64,000 nucleotides of DNA from Nemertoderma westbladi (lineage: Eukaryota; Animalia; Xenacoelomorpha), in assembly GCA_032718475.1 (NCBI GenBank), contig JAUCBJ010008501.1:62001-126000 (forward strand), in the 5' to 3' direction. Positions 26,401-39,545 of the stretch are shown piece after piece (positions within the stretch are counted from its first letter, which is position 1; every line of letters begins with the position of its first letter). Made by a program: the position numbers and the translations under genes. The notes beneath the pieces are model-generated. The model saw only the letters and a program-made list of their open reading frames with translations, did no database searches and was not told the origin of the DNA.

Positions 26401-29400
26401 ATGGAAGGCCTGGCTGATGGTTGTGACAGAAAGGATCATCCAGTTAGCACTGTTCAAATCTCTGTAGGTAGCTTTAATACTCATGGTCTCTTGCAAAATC
26501 AGCCTTATGTTTCTGGAATCCTGGGTGAGTGTGACTTCCTTGGGTTACAGGAGCACTGGTTGGACGACATCGAGTGTAACGAAACCCTGCTCCATATGGA
26601 CAAGAACTTTGATTGTGTCCACACTGTTAGTGATCTGATGGGCAACTCCGACAGGGTAAGAGGAGCCGGTGGTACTGCCCTATTTTTTCGCAAGGATATC
26701 ATCTCAAGTTGGACACGCGTTAGCTCTGATGATGATATTGTGGGTATTGTGGCCCACATTAAGAACGTATCCGCCCCCCTGCTTGTCTTATCTGCCTATG
26801 CACCGGATAGCGGTAAGGATGTGGTCAGGTACAATGATTTTTTGGGACGTATACAGGAGCCCTGATCTCTCTGCACAGTGGAACAGTTCCTATCATACTA
26901 TCTGACACTAATGCGGACCTCAGCTCGCTTCAAGGAGGCAGGTGTAACAGGATGAAACCATCCCCAAGGGGTCGTATACTTAACGAATTCCTTATCAATA
27001 ACTCTCTAGTGGCATCTGACACTTTCTGGAAATTCTCCGGACCCCCGATAACATATAGAGGTCCGCTCAGCTGCACTTCCTACATTGACCACATTATTTC
27101 CAATGTACACGGTTATAGCCTTATCGAACACGGTATGGTGCTTGAAATGGACCCAATTAACAACCACTCCGATCACACCCCGTTATATGCAATACTTATG
27201 CTCCGTACCGATCATACCCCAATCACCACTGGGCACACCACTAAGAGACAAACACGCTTTGCCTGGTCTAAGGCATCAGCAACCCAAAAAGAGGCTTACA
27301 TTTCTTCCATCAAATCAGGAATATCAAGAATACGCAACAGCGAGCAGTACAACTCTGCACCCTCATCCTTAGCGGACCTCACTACTGTTGTAGAGGAGTT
27401 ACAGTCTACTATTACCCGGGCTGCTATGAATAGCATCCCCCAAATTAAGAGATGCCACCATACTAAGAACATACGCATTCGCTCTAAACTACTGTACAGG
27501 CGTAGCAAGACTACTAAGAACCTTTACAACCTCTGGCGCGACAGGGGAAAGGATGTTGATGACCCAATCGGCTTGAAGTTCAAAGATTCCAAGCGGACCA
27601 CAAGAAGGCTCAGAAACCTCCTATCCAAGAACCTCATTGGCAATGATGTCAGTTGCTGGGCCTCAAAAATCAAATCAAGTCCTAAAACCTTCTGGAGTAA
27701 GGTAAACAACAAGCGAGGAAAAGAAGTCCCAGTATCACTACAGAATGACCTCAGATCCCACTATGACTTAAGATTTAACCATGAAACAAATCAGACCGAG
27801 CTTGATGAACTGGAGCGCTCTCTTAATACAGCTTGTGCTAATTCACCCAAACCCAATGTCTCACCGCTTGCAGTTAAGCAAGCAATCTCATCTCTCAACA
27901 GGGGCAAGGCTCCTGACTTCTCTTCCCTTACTGTCGAGCACCTATTAGAATTAGACCCTGAACCAATTTGTGACACCCTTGCATATATAATAAACTGTAT
28001 ATTCACGCTCAGAGCCGTTCCCTATCCACTTTGCCAGTCCGTAATCAGTAGTATATATAAGGGCAAAGGTCGTAATAGTATGATTCCTAACTCCTACAGA
28101 CCCATTGCCTCTGCTAGTCTCTTGGGCAAGATACTGGAATTCATTATCCTGCACGACTATTTGGATAACGCAATTGCTAAAGGGACTCACACTAATCAGA
28201 TGGCCTATAGGCGAAAGATAGGGACAGACATGATGGTTAATACGCTACTTGAGGTGATCGAGCACTACACCGCACAGGGTTCCCCCATATTCGTTTGTAA
28301 ACTCGATATTGAAGCAGCCTTCAATGATGTTGACCACGTAATCCTGGCTAATAAGCTATTATCCCTAGAAGTTAACCCCTGGGTTGTTTCAACTCTCCTA
28401 TCCTAGAATGACCTCAGATCCCACTATGACTTAAGATTTAACCATGAAACAAATCAGACCGAGCTTGATGAACTGGAGAGCTCTCTTGATACAGCTTGTG
28501 CTAATTCACCCAAACCCAATGTCTCACCGCTTGCAGTTAAGCAAGCAATCTCATCTCTCAACAGGGGCAAGGCTCCTGACTTCTCTTCCCTTACTGTCGA
28601 GCACCTATTAGAATTAGACCCTGAACCAATTTGTGACACCCTTGCATATATAATAAACTGTATATTCACACTCAGAGCCGTTCCCTATCCACTTTGCCAG
28701 TCTGTAATCAGCAGTATATATAAGGGCAAAGGTCATAATAGTATGATTCCTAACTCCTACAGACCCATTGCCTCTGCTAGTCTCTTGGGCAAGATACTGG
28801 AATTCATTATCCTGCACGACTATTTGGATAACGCAATTGCTAAAGGGACTCACACTAATCAGATGGCCTATAGGCGAAAGATAGGGACATACATGATGGT
28901 TAATACGCTACTTGAGGTGATCGAGCACTACACCGCACAGGGTTCCCCCATATTCGTTTGTCAACTCGATATTGAAGCAGCCTTTGATGATGTTGACCAC
29001 GTAATCCTGGCTAATAAGCTATTATCCCTAGAAGTTAACCCCTGGGTTGTTTCAACTCTCCTATCCTATTATCAATCGAGTGAAATCTTCCTGAAGTTTG
29101 GGGATATTATCCACTGTAAGAGCATAAGGGCCTTCAAGGGTCTGAGACAGGGTTCACTCCTTTCGCCCGACTTATTTAACCTGTACACCACCAGCATTAC
29201 TGTTGGTCTTTCTAAATGTGGGCTTGGCTGTTCTGTTGGCAATGTGTGGTTTGGGACCATGGTGTACGCAGATGATTTAATCTTATCCTCCACTTCTGCT
29301 CGCGATATTGAGGATATGGTTAAAGTATTACAGAGCAAGGCAAGTGTGTTGAAGCTCCGCATCGAACAGTCAAAGACGAAATGGATATGCATTGACAAAA

Positions 29401-30146
29401 GGGGAAGCCACAAACCAACCTTTCTCGCCCTACACGGTATACTCGTGCCTTGTAGTGAGCACTTGACTATTCTTGGGTACAAACTCAACCCTAAGCCTAC
29501 GAACGCCCTCAATGAGTCCTTACAAACCATTGCGATGATGTCCCAAATTTTCCAATCCAAGGGGTGGACCACTAGATGGTTGAATGTGGAAACGACCTTT
29601 AGGTTATGGCAGGCCATGGCTATGCCAGTAATTCTATTTTCCCTGAGACTAAATATAGGATCACTTAATGATACTGACACAGAGAAACTTGATATTGCTT
29701 ATCGGAAGGCCCTACGGGGGCTCCTTCACGTGGGTACGTACATCAATAACCAATGTCTTTATCTCCTTTCTGGCCTCAGGCCTGTCTCGGTAGAGGCCCT
29801 GCGTCAGTCTGTTGGTATTTTCACTAGACTACTCAGATGTCCTAACCCAACACTTCAAGTCATTCAGCGCCTCACCACGTTCAATCACACTCTTGACATT
29901 AGGAAATTATTCAGGGGATGCTCCAGCTCGTACAGCAAGGCTTCCCGTTCCTTTCCGCTTCCGCGTCTTTGCTCTACCCTGTTGACTAATTACTCTGGTG
30001 CAGACCTAATGGCGCGAATTGACATCAACGGCGCAATCGCCAGGGATACAGTGAACGCTGAATTCGTCAGAGGATGCTTTAGTACTACCGCAATCCCTTT
30101 TGCTCACAAGCGGCAGAGAATTAGGGATTTTTTTGGGATCGCCTAG
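26401..30146 (+). pseudogene. LINE ORF2 (APE endonuclease + reverse transcriptase), broken by a frameshift near 26860 and a 663-bp duplication
   Basis: SFNTHG, QEHWL, SAYAP, SDTNA (after the frameshift), YIDHI, HSDH; RT motifs SYRPI, LDIEAAFD, GLRQGSLLSP, YADD. Confidence 0.92.
27742..29067 (+). repeat. 663-bp tandem duplication inside ORF2
   Basis: 27742-28404 is repeated at 28405-29067 with about 10 substitutions; the junction creates TAG at 28404-28406. Confidence 0.95.
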
Positions 30147-30400
30147 TTCCTTCAACCCTAAGATGCAAAGTGTACCCACCTTTCTTTTTTTACCTGACCC
30201 GGATCGAACTACCGACATAAGCAAACGCTACTGTTCACTCTATTACGATGCTACTATCCAATAACTCTGCATTTATCAAATCATTCTTATATTGTATCGA
30301 CGTATGTTTTTTATATGGTTACTCGTCTGTCTAGCAAGTTTTATTTATAATGTGTATTTTACATTTTATTGTCGGCTTGTCCGAATTAAACTAACTAACT

Positions 30401-31375
30401 AACAAGGTTTACTGTGTTCCAGCTCTTGTCTACTATTGTGTGTTGTAGAGAGATGTTTGCAAGTAGATTTCTTTAATAGTTGTTTCTTCGCGACATTCGG
30501 AGTTGAACCAAGGTTTACTGTGTTCCAGCTCTTGTCTACTATTGTTTGTTGTAGAGAGATGTTTGCTAGTGGATTTCTCTAATAGTTGTTTCTTCGCGAC
30601 ATTCGGAGTTGAACCAAGGTTTACTGTGTTCCAGCTCTTGCCTACTATTGTGTGTTGTAGAGAGATGTTTGCTAGTAGATTTCTCTAATAGTTGTTTCTT
30701 TGCGACATTCGGAGTTGAACCTTCTCTAATAGTTGTTTCTTTGCGACATTCGGAGTTGAACCAAGGTTTACTGTGTTCCAACTCTTGCCTACTATTGTGT
30801 GTTGTTGAGAGATGTTTGCTAGTAGATTTCTTTAATAGTTGTTTCTTTGCGACATTCGGAGTTGAACCAAGGTTTACTATGTTCCAGCTCTTGCCTACTA
30901 TTGTGTGTTGTAGAGAGATGTTTGCTAGTAGATTTCTCTAATAGTTGTTTCTTTGCGACATTCGGAGTTGAACCTTCTCTAATAGTTGTTTCTTTGCGAC
31001 ATTCGGAGTTGAACCAAGGTTTACTGTGTTCCAACTCTTTCCTACTATTGTGTGTTGTTGAGAGATGTTTGCTAGTAGATTTCTTTAATAGTTGTTTCTT
31101 TGCGACATTCGGAGTTGAACCAAGGTTTACTATGTTCCAGCTCTTGCCTACTATTGTGTGTTTGAGAGAGATGTTTGCTAGTAGATTTCTCTACTAGTTG
31201 TTTCTTTGCAACATTCGGAGTTGAACCAAGGTTTACTGTGTTCCAGTTCTTGTCTACTATTGTGTGTTGTAGAGAGATGTTTGCTAGTAGATTTCTCTAA
31301 TAGTTGTTTCTTTGCGACATTCGGAGTTGAACCAAGGTTTACTGTGTTCCAGCTCTTTTCTGCTATTGTGTGTTG
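30401..31375. repeat. Satellite array segment 3 (more diverged; 253-bp 41+106+106 higher-order unit)
   Basis: Same unit resumes at aac|aaggtttactg directly after the LINE tail and ends at ...tgtgttg 31375. Confidence 0.97.
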
Positions 31376-31489
31376 AATTGTCTATGATTTTTGTGAGTGT
31401 TATTGTTCAATTATTACATTACTTATTATCTTGTTATGATTTGAATCAATGTTATCCATTATTAATCCACTCCATTACTTTCTATATAG

Positions 31490-32067
31490 GCGACCAACCA
31501 CAACCATTCCCTGTTGATTCAGAAACGCTCACTTACGACGATGACGTAACACCCGGAAGTATGAATAATTCCTTCCATCAACCTGGTCCCTCTGGGATTC
31601 ACCCTCATGATATTGTGAGAAGAAGTCTATCCAATGAGAAGCAGTTCAGCTGTGATACTTGTAGTAAGACGTTCGCATATAACAGCAGCCTAATTGTACA
31701 CCAACGGATCCACACCGGCGAGCGACCATACCATTGCGGTATCTGTAACAAACGTTTCTCTCAACTAAGTGCCCTAAAGACACACAAACGTTCGCATAGT
31801 GGAGAGAAACCGTATAACTGCAACCTGTGTGAGAAACGTTTCTCCCAACTATGTTCCCTACAGATACACAACCGAACGCACACAGGAGAGCGACCGTTCG
31901 TGTGCGACACGTGTGGTAAGGGATTTACAGTGAGCGGCAATCTAAACGCTCACAAGAGATTACATACAGGTGAACGACCGTTTAGCTGCGAAACATGCGG
32001 GAAATGTTTCTCCCGACGATATCGTGTAACGCAACACAAATGTATCCGCAGTGGGGAGACACAGTAA
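31490..32067 (+). CDS. Terminal exon of a C2H2 (Kruppel-type) zinc-finger gene; five fingers, the last imperfect
   Basis: CxxC-x12-HxxxH fingers with TGERP/SGEKP linkers; pyrimidine-rich acceptor actttctatatAG at 31488-31489; TAA at 32065-32067; AATAAA near 32128; upstream exons not in the window. Confidence 0.85.
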
Positions 32068-32211
32068 CTGTAATGTTTGTAATATAAATATTTCTCAACT
32101 TCCGGTGATATTGGTAGACAAAGATAAAATAAAATTCTATCTGTAGTTAGTTGTAGATTAAACCTTACAAGGACTTATATTATTAATATTTTACATTATA
32201 ACTTTATGTTA

Positions 32212-32876
32212 GGGGGCGTTCATAAAGTATGTCACGCAAATTTTCCAGTTCCCCCCTCTGTCACAAAGTGTCACGCAATCTTGACCCCCTCCCTCTCCCC
32301 TGTCACATGTGTCCTGTTAATATTAGGGATTAAATTCAATGTTATTGAGTTTATTGTTTTTTCCTTAAAGTTTCCCACTCATCTATAAATGTGTTAGTCA
32401 AAGTCAAGCTAACATTAAAGCATACCGTAGAACATCGCCGTGACCGTCACAAACGTCTACTACTACTACTACTACTAGGATCGGCATGCTGCATTGCAGC
32501 TGCATTTTTCAGAATGCTGTGCCGGCTTGTCGACAAAATTGCGCCGCCACAACTCCCTATCACCCATGATATTTGCTAGATCATCCGCATCTTCAAGGCC
32601 AGTGTCCTTTAAGATGCGTCTCAAGAAAGTCATGGGCTGTCCACCATGCTTATTCACTCCATGAGGCTGCCAAAGTACTAGATTATGCACTGGCTGGTCT
32701 TCACGGCGAAAGCAATGTCCTGCAAAGCGGAGGCGATTTTGTTCTAGTGTCAAGCTTGGGGGAACCAATGTGTACTTGACCCAATGAACCCGGTGTAGTA
32801 TTGTTGTGAATGTACCATCCAGAGACATCCCCCCCCCCTCCCCCCTAGTGCGTGACATACTTTATGAACGCCCCCC
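32212..32876. mobile_element. Non-autonomous PIF/Harbinger-type DNA transposon (MITE)
   Basis: 27-bp TIRs gggggcgttcataaagtatgtcacgca / tgcgtgacatactttatgaacgccccc; TTA on both sides (32209-32211, 32877-32879). Confidence 0.85.
32457..32825 (-). mobile_element. Short 3' fragment of the same RTE family as 5315-6188, nested in the MITE
   Basis: Reverse complement matches ~5780-6186 with a ~45-bp internal deletion; (CTA)n at 32457-32477 is the (TAG)n tail. Confidence 0.93.
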
Positions 32877-33999
32877 TTATGCGCACATGATTTATCTCGA
32901 AGTCGACGTTATAAGCGATTTGTATCAAAAATCAGTTTATAAAGTTGGATAAATATAAATATGTAAACCAAATTGATTCAGCTGTTATTAGCGAATAAAT
33001 TCTGACTCACCCACTAAGAAGGAAGGAGGGTAAACTATCTCTGTTTCAATTTGTTTGCCATATTATTATTATTATTATTAAAAAATATTTATATGACGCC
33101 GTTTACACGATGTTCTAGACGCCGAGTAAAAAAATAACAACTTGAATATAAAATAACATTAAATTACTTGGAAAAAGTTCAATAAATAAAGTGAAATCGT
33201 AACATTTGTATTTGAGTTATTACTGTCTCTCCATTTCAGTCGGTCTGACCGTCAAAATGTAAGTTAGAGTGACGAGACAGCCAGGGTCAGAACAATAGTC
33301 AGACAGACTATATATTCATATTCAACCGAATATAAAAAACTACATTGGAAATGAAAACCAACATATGAAAATTCTAGCAATGTGGTGTGTTTCCTTCATG
33401 TCAGACATTATTAACCAACCAGACCCCAGATAGACAGCTTTGAGCGGGAAGATTTAGACTTTTTAAGACAATTTTCTCGGAATGAAATTTATTTTTTCAC
33501 GTAAAAAATAATACGCCTTTGCCATTTCTTAAGGGCACAAAAACTGACAGATATTTTTCGCGAATTTCGCGTAAACTATACCGGTATGCTTTGCAAACGT
33601 CGCGATTTTTCCAAAAAAGTTTCGACAATTTTGACTCCTTAGGCGAAAGGGTCCCAAATGAGTTTTAACTTTTATTTTTTTTGTGTGTTTTGAGTGGTTT
33701 TTTATATCAGTGAATGTTCTAGAATCTTAATAGATAATTTTTTTATGGTAGCTAATATTTTGTTTATTAGCTAGTATTTTTTGAAATTTTCTATTTCTTC
33801 ATGGTTTCTCTTTTTAATTAACTAAAAAAAAAAACAATAGAGTAATATCTCTTATATTTAATCCTAATTATTATCAAGGACAAACACGTAACATCCAACA
33901 CGTAAAATCCAACACCGAAACTGTTACTTTCATTGCCATTGTATTTCTAAAAACTCTCCTCTGTGATCTAATGAAATATGTTATTTTGTATTACAAATA

Positions 34000-34351
34000 A
34001 CGCCAGCCAACCGTCAAGCCGGTTGACACACCTTGTGTGGTCACTAGTTAGATCACACCGGGTGACGTCATACTGCTAGGTGTAAGACCGGTCCCCCGGT
34101 GAGCAGGGATCAGACTATCTGATTACCTGGCTCTGCACACTTGCGGAGCTGTATCACCCATACCCTGACTGCTGGACAGCAGACCTGCTCTGTTACCGTG
34201 ATACTGGTACATCGTATGATCGTATGATTACTCGAGCCCTTTTTACCCATATCATATGTAACTTAAATAACTGTATCAGTAATCATTTATATACATTAAT
34301 ATACCAGTTACCTACATGTCCGCGACACTTGTTCTTTTTACCCTCTGCCGT
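34000..34351 (+). repeat. Gypsy 5' LTR (352 bp)
   Basis: Direct repeat of 39202-39545 with an 8-bp duplication (atcgtatg) and a few substitutions; contains palindromic TGACGTCA at 34063-34070. Confidence 0.92.
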
Positions 34352-34361
34352 GGTGGCAACG
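34351..34361 (+). promoter_or_regulatory. Primer-binding site (tRNA-Leu-like, tentative)
   Basis: TGGTGGCAACG at the LTR end, overlapping its last base. Confidence 0.6.
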
Positions 34362-34564
34362 TTTCGGAGTTCGATTCTCACTCCTCAGAGTCGCTACACG
34401 TTCTCTTCACCAGGCGACCCGGGGTCAGAGCTCCCTCTGTCGCCTTCCTGCTATCCAGTCAGCCATTACCGGTACCTACTGGCGATCCACCCACCAGTTA
34501 GGCTACTACTTACCTAACCGGTACTGCGGACTCACGCAGTACCTAACCTGATCCACCATTCACC

Positions 34565-37500
34565 ATGGCGAATCAACACCTAAAGGCTCCACGCTTAGTT
34601 AAACTCACTACTCAGGAATCCATCACGTCATTCGAGTCCTGGCGCCAGACGTTGATTTATAGTCTGTCCCTCGACCCAGAGTTCGCGCAGTTTACCGCCG
34701 CTGGCGCAGTATGGGAGAAGGCTTCTCCTGCGAGTCCGACCCGGGGTCTCGTCGACGATGCCGCCGGTGTTCCGGACGCCCAACAACGTACCGCGCAGCA
34801 ACAACTCGTCTCCCTCGAGTTCATGCTGGGCCAAATCGCCAACTACGCGCAGGTTATCGCGCATAACACCATCGTACTAAAATCTACATCTCTTTCATAC
34901 GTCTGGCAAGCCCTCCAATTACATTACGGTTTTCAACGGACAGGCTCCCACTTCCTAGATCTCTCCACCATCCACCTCGAACACGCCATGAAGACCTTTT
35001 CCAACGTCTCGCAGCGTTTTTCGATGGCAACCTCCTCTCACCCCTCGGGGGCATTACCCACCACGGCGAGCTCCCCGCCGCCGCCAAGGAGATATCCCCC
35101 ACGGTGGAGAACTTCCTCGTGTTGACTTGGTTACGTCTCATCCACAAGGACTTACCGGCGTTGGTTAAGCAACGATATGGCTGCGAACTTCGTTCCCGCA
35201 CCTTGGCTTCCGTCAAGGCCGAGATCAGCCAGGCTATGCCGTCCCTCTTGGAGGAGCTCCGTGTGTCAGCCGACGTGCGCACGTTCCGCTCCCAAACGAC
35301 GGAGGTCACCCCGCGCCACCCGAACCGTGTGCGCCAGCTGGACCGCCGTAGTTTACAGCACCGCACACGACCTGCCCGGATTTGCCCCCTGTGCAAGCAG
35401 GCGCAACGCAAGGACTTCGACCACTTCCTCAGTACCTGCCCGTTCCTCCCCGATCAGGATAAACAGTTCCTCGTCCGGACTCGCGCCGTCGATATCGCCG
35501 ATTCCGCCAGTTCCAATGACGAGTTCGAGCCCCCCGATGATTCCCCAATGAGTTACAACCAACCACCAGCGGCCCGTCAAGTCGCTGTAATGCGTTCCCC
35601 CGTATTAGAAGCCGATTATCAGTCCCGTCCACTTCGATTGCTACTCGACAGTGGCGCAGAATCCGATCTCATCCGGGAGGCGTTCGCCCGCCAGCTGGGC
35701 GTCCATATCTCCCCGAGTAGTTGCCAGGTTCCCGAACAGGCCGATGGACAGTCTACCCGTCGCCCCAACCCCCGTTCCGTCGACGGCGTACGCTTAGACC
35801 CCGACAACATCCTCACCAGCGCTGAACGCTGCCAGTTTTCCGACGTCCTCGCCGCGCACTCCACGGTATTTGAAGCCGAGTACCCCGGATACAACGGCGC
35901 CGCGGGCCCCTACAAAGCCATTGTCAACATGGGACCAACTCTACCCCCTCAACAGAAAGGACGCGTACCCCAATACGGCCGCAACCGCCTCATCGAGTTG
36001 CAGGACCGGTTCGACGAACTCGAACAACGCGGTGTCTTCACTACACCCGAACACGCAGGGGTACATGTGGAGTACCTCAGTCCCTCCTTCCTCATTGCCA
36101 AACCCAACGGAGGAACCCGTCTCGTTACAGCCTTTAACGAGATTGCCCGGTATGCTAAACCCCAGCCATCACTCCTCCCTAGTGTCGAGTCTACCCTGCG
36201 CGAAATCGGCTCCTATAAGTTCCTCATCAAAACCGATTTAACGAGTGCGTTCTACCAGATCCCCATTAGTCGCAACTCCATGAAGTTCTGCGGCGTTGTT
36301 ACACTGTTCCGCGGCGTACGAGTCTATACCCGCTGCGCCATGGGTATGCCCGGATCCGAGACCACCTTGGAAGAACTGATGTGCCGTGTCCTTGGGGAAC
36401 TTATCAAGCAGGGTGCCGTCAGTAAACTCGCAGATGATTTGTATTGTGGCGGCAACACGATAACCGAATTAGCTGCAAATTTTAACGTGCTACTCACAGC
36501 CCTCGCACGCTCTTCCTTACGTTTATCCCCCAAGAAGACCGTCATTTGCCCGCATTCCACTACCATTCTTGGCTGGCAATGGACTGCTGGCTCCCTGACC
36601 GCATCGTCTCATGTCGTTTCAGCCCTCGCAACCTGCGATAAACCTGACACTGTCCGGTCCCTCTGTTCCTTCCTGGAATCGTATAAAGTCCTCGCGCGCG
36701 TTCTCCCCCATTGCGCAGCACTTCTCTCCGACCTCGATGAACTCGCAGTCGGCGCTTCCGCCGATATCGTTCAGTGGACGGATCCTTCGACTTGTGCATT
36801 CCGGCGCGCTCAGGCCGCCTTGAAAACATGCCGTACTGTGGTTCTCCCACGGCCCTCCAACGAGCTGTTCATCGTCACCGACGCCGCCTCCAGCGTCGAT
36901 GGACTCGGCGCTGTCTTATATATCCGCCGCGAGTCGAAACTCCTCGTCGCCGGGTTCTACTCCTCGAAGTTGCGAACCCATCAACGTACCTGGCTTCCTT
37001 GCGAATTGGAAGCACTCGCCATCGCCGCAGCTGTTCATCACTTTGCTCCCTATATCACTCACGCTACTACCCGCACGTCCGTTGTCACCGATAGTAAACC
37101 CTGCGTCCAGGCATTCGCTAAACTTACTCGTGGGGCTTACTCCAACAGTCCGAGACTCACTACCTTCCTCGCCATGGTGAGCCAGTTCTCCCTCCTCGTG
37201 GTCCATATCCAGGGTTCGCGCAACCTACCAGCCGACTTCCAAAATCGCAGTATTCCCGAGTGTGTTAAGTGCCAGGTCTGCGACTTTGTTAATCAGCTCG
37301 CCGACGAACCCATCATCCGTACGGCGGGTTTCACCAAAGACCCCCCCCCCCCTCCAGCGCGTCCCTTGTACGCCACCCGTAGTACCTGGCTCGTCACCCA
37401 GCAGGAATGCGCATCTATCCGTCGCGCCAAGGCGCACCTCGCACAGGGCACGCGTCCATCCAAGGAGGAGACGACCATCCGCGACGTTAAGCGGTACATC

Positions 37501-38948
37501 GGCTGCGCGTCCGTCGCCATGGACAGACTCCTCGTTGTTCCTCGACACACCGCGTTCTCGACTCCACGTGAAATGATCGTTGTCCCTCGCCATGCGCTCT
37601 CTGGTCTCCTTACGTCACTGCACCTCGAGTTGCAGCACCCGTCGCGTACCCAGCTGCGCGTTACGTTTCTGCGGTACTTCTACGCCCTCGACATGGAAGA
37701 AGCCATCACATCAATCCACTCGCAGTGCGCCCAATGCGCCGCGCTGCGTTCCGCCCCATGGCGATCCATCGAGCAGTCGCCCGGTGACCCTCCGGCCGCC
37801 ATCGGAATCGCATTTGCTGCCGATGTCATCCGTCGCCATCGACAGTTCATCCTCATCCTCCGCGAAACCGCCTCGTCGTACTCCGCTGCCATGTTCCTCT
37901 CTGATGAGCAACACACAACGTTGCGGGATGGCCTCCTCACGTTGTGCGTTGGTATGTGCCCCCTTAGCGGCCCCACGCAGTCATTCGTACCGATCCCGCA
38001 CCAGGATTCCATGCGTTAGTCGGCGACAAAGTTTTATCTGCCCACCATATCGGTATTGAGTTGGGACGCGCCAAAAATAAAGACAAAAATCCGGTCGCGG
38101 AACACGCCGTCCGCGAATTAGAAGATGAACTCCTTAAACTCCATCCCTCCGGGGGACCCTACTCCGCTGTGTCTCTCGCCCTTGCCGTCGCCCGGTTAAA
38201 TGCGCGTATCCGGTCGAGCGGCGTATCCGCCCGAGAAATTCTGCTCCAACGCGATCAGTTTACTGGCGCTCAACTCCCCCTCATCGATTCTGAGCTTATC
38301 GACCAGCAACATCGCCGTCGTTTGGCCAATCATCCCCATAGTGCACAGTCCAAAAATCCGCATCCCAGTCGCTCCGCTAGAGATACTCCGTTAGAAGTAG
38401 GAGATATCGTCTACCTCCACGCCGATTCGCCGCAACTACAGGGCCGACCCCGGTACATTGTAGCGACAATGGACCAATCCTGGGTAAGTGTCCGGAAGTT
38501 CGTCGGTCGCCAACTGCATTCGCAGGCATATCGGGTTCCGCGGTCCGAATGTTATTGCTTACCCTACCGCGATACCTCGGTACCTGCGGTCGACGAACCC
38601 TCGTCCAACGACGATGACAAGGGGTCTGCGGGTCTACCTTCCCCGCGACCAGCCGACACCGAACCTCCGGGTGAGCGACATTACCAGGCCTCTCCTCCGG
38701 TACCTTCTGTGCGTCCAACTTCACCCCCTCCGGCACCAGCGCGCTCCCCGTCACCCTCTTCGTCCCTAGACGAGGTGTTCCTCGGGTTCGACGATGTGGA
38801 CAACGTTCCTCCACACACCCGGCGTCCTCAGCGTCATACCTTTAGTATAGTCTGTTTTTTTTGCCAGTCTGTTACAATCCGCTTTAAACTCGTCGTAGTA
38901 TTTGAGAAACTGACTGACCTTGTCTGTACGAAACTGAAAATAATTTAG
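34565..38948 (+). pseudogene. Gypsy gag-pol with frameshifts near 34983 and 37972 and an apparent deletion in the protease
   Basis: CPLC...H...C knuckle, LLDSGA protease, DLTSAFYQ and KLADD RT, VTDAA/ELEALA/TDSKP RNase H, H-H-CAQC zinc finger and AAD/RTD/AE integrase core. Confidence 0.9.
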
Positions 38949-39179
38949 TTAGGCGTCTTCATGCGTTGTTCATTCTATTTGTAGTATTATTAGTAGGAAA
39001 GCCGATCGGTGGTTAAATATCCTTATTTAATTGTGCATACAGTTGTAGTATAAGACGTACTGTACCTATTCGCGAGAAACTGAAAGTAAGTTAGGTAGGC
39101 CTTATCATTAGTCAATGCCGGCACCCTTTTTATATTTGCAATTCATAAAAGGGCAGAACTAACTATCGAAAGGTAAAGT

Positions 39180-39199
39180 AGAAAGAAAGAAAAAAGGGA
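39180..39199 (+). promoter_or_regulatory. Polypurine tract
   Basis: agaaagaaagaaaaaaggga, 2 nt before the 3' LTR. Confidence 0.8.
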
Positions 39200-39201
39200 T
39201 C

Positions 39202-39545
39202 ACGCCAGCCAACCGTCAAGCCGGTTGACAGACCTTGTGTGGTCACTAGTTAGATCACACCGGGTGACGTCATACTGCTAGGTGTAAGACCGGTCCCCCG
39301 GTGAGCAGGGATCAGACTATCTGATTACCTGGCTCTGCACACTTGCGGAGCTGTATCACCCATACCCTGACTGCTGGACAGCAGACCTGCTCTGTTACCG
39401 TGATACTGGTACATCGTATGATTACTCTAGCCCTTTTTACCCATATCATATGTAACTTAAATAACTGTATCAGTAATAATTTATATACATTAATATACCA
39501 GTTACCTACGTTTCCGCGACACTTGTTCTTTTTACCCTCTGGCGT
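39202..39545 (+). repeat. Gypsy 3' LTR (344 bp)
   Basis: Copy of 34000-34351; termini acgccag...ctggcgt. Confidence 0.92.

Larger units (their letters stand above)
21297..30403 (+). mobile_element. Near full-length APE-type non-LTR retrotransposon (RTEX/Proto2-like, clade tentative), degenerate
   Basis: ORF1 plus ORF2 (APE, RT); ATTAAA at 30385-30390 followed by (CTAA)n tail; satellite on both sides; 5' boundary approximate (21271-21297). Confidence 0.88.
34000..39545 (+). mobile_element. Ty3/Gypsy LTR retrotransposon, degenerate
   Basis: Paired LTRs, PBS, PPT, and gag-PR-RT-RH-IN domain order. Confidence 0.93.

Noticed and set aside
1-31375. CRISPR array
   Set aside because: Units are contiguous and near-identical with no unique spacers; no cas genes; eukaryotic context
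31312-31489. N-terminal part of the tracked 251-aa ZNF ORF
   Set aside because: Starts in satellite and crosses AT-rich intron-like sequence; coding more plausibly begins at the acceptor at 31490
32880-33999. Possible DNA transposon remnants in the AT-rich spacer
   Set aside because: No TIR pair, TSD or coding remnant could be identified
34628-38814. Many overlapping alternative-frame and antisense ORFs in the Gypsy element
   Set aside because: Expected by chance in GC-rich coding DNA; no motifs
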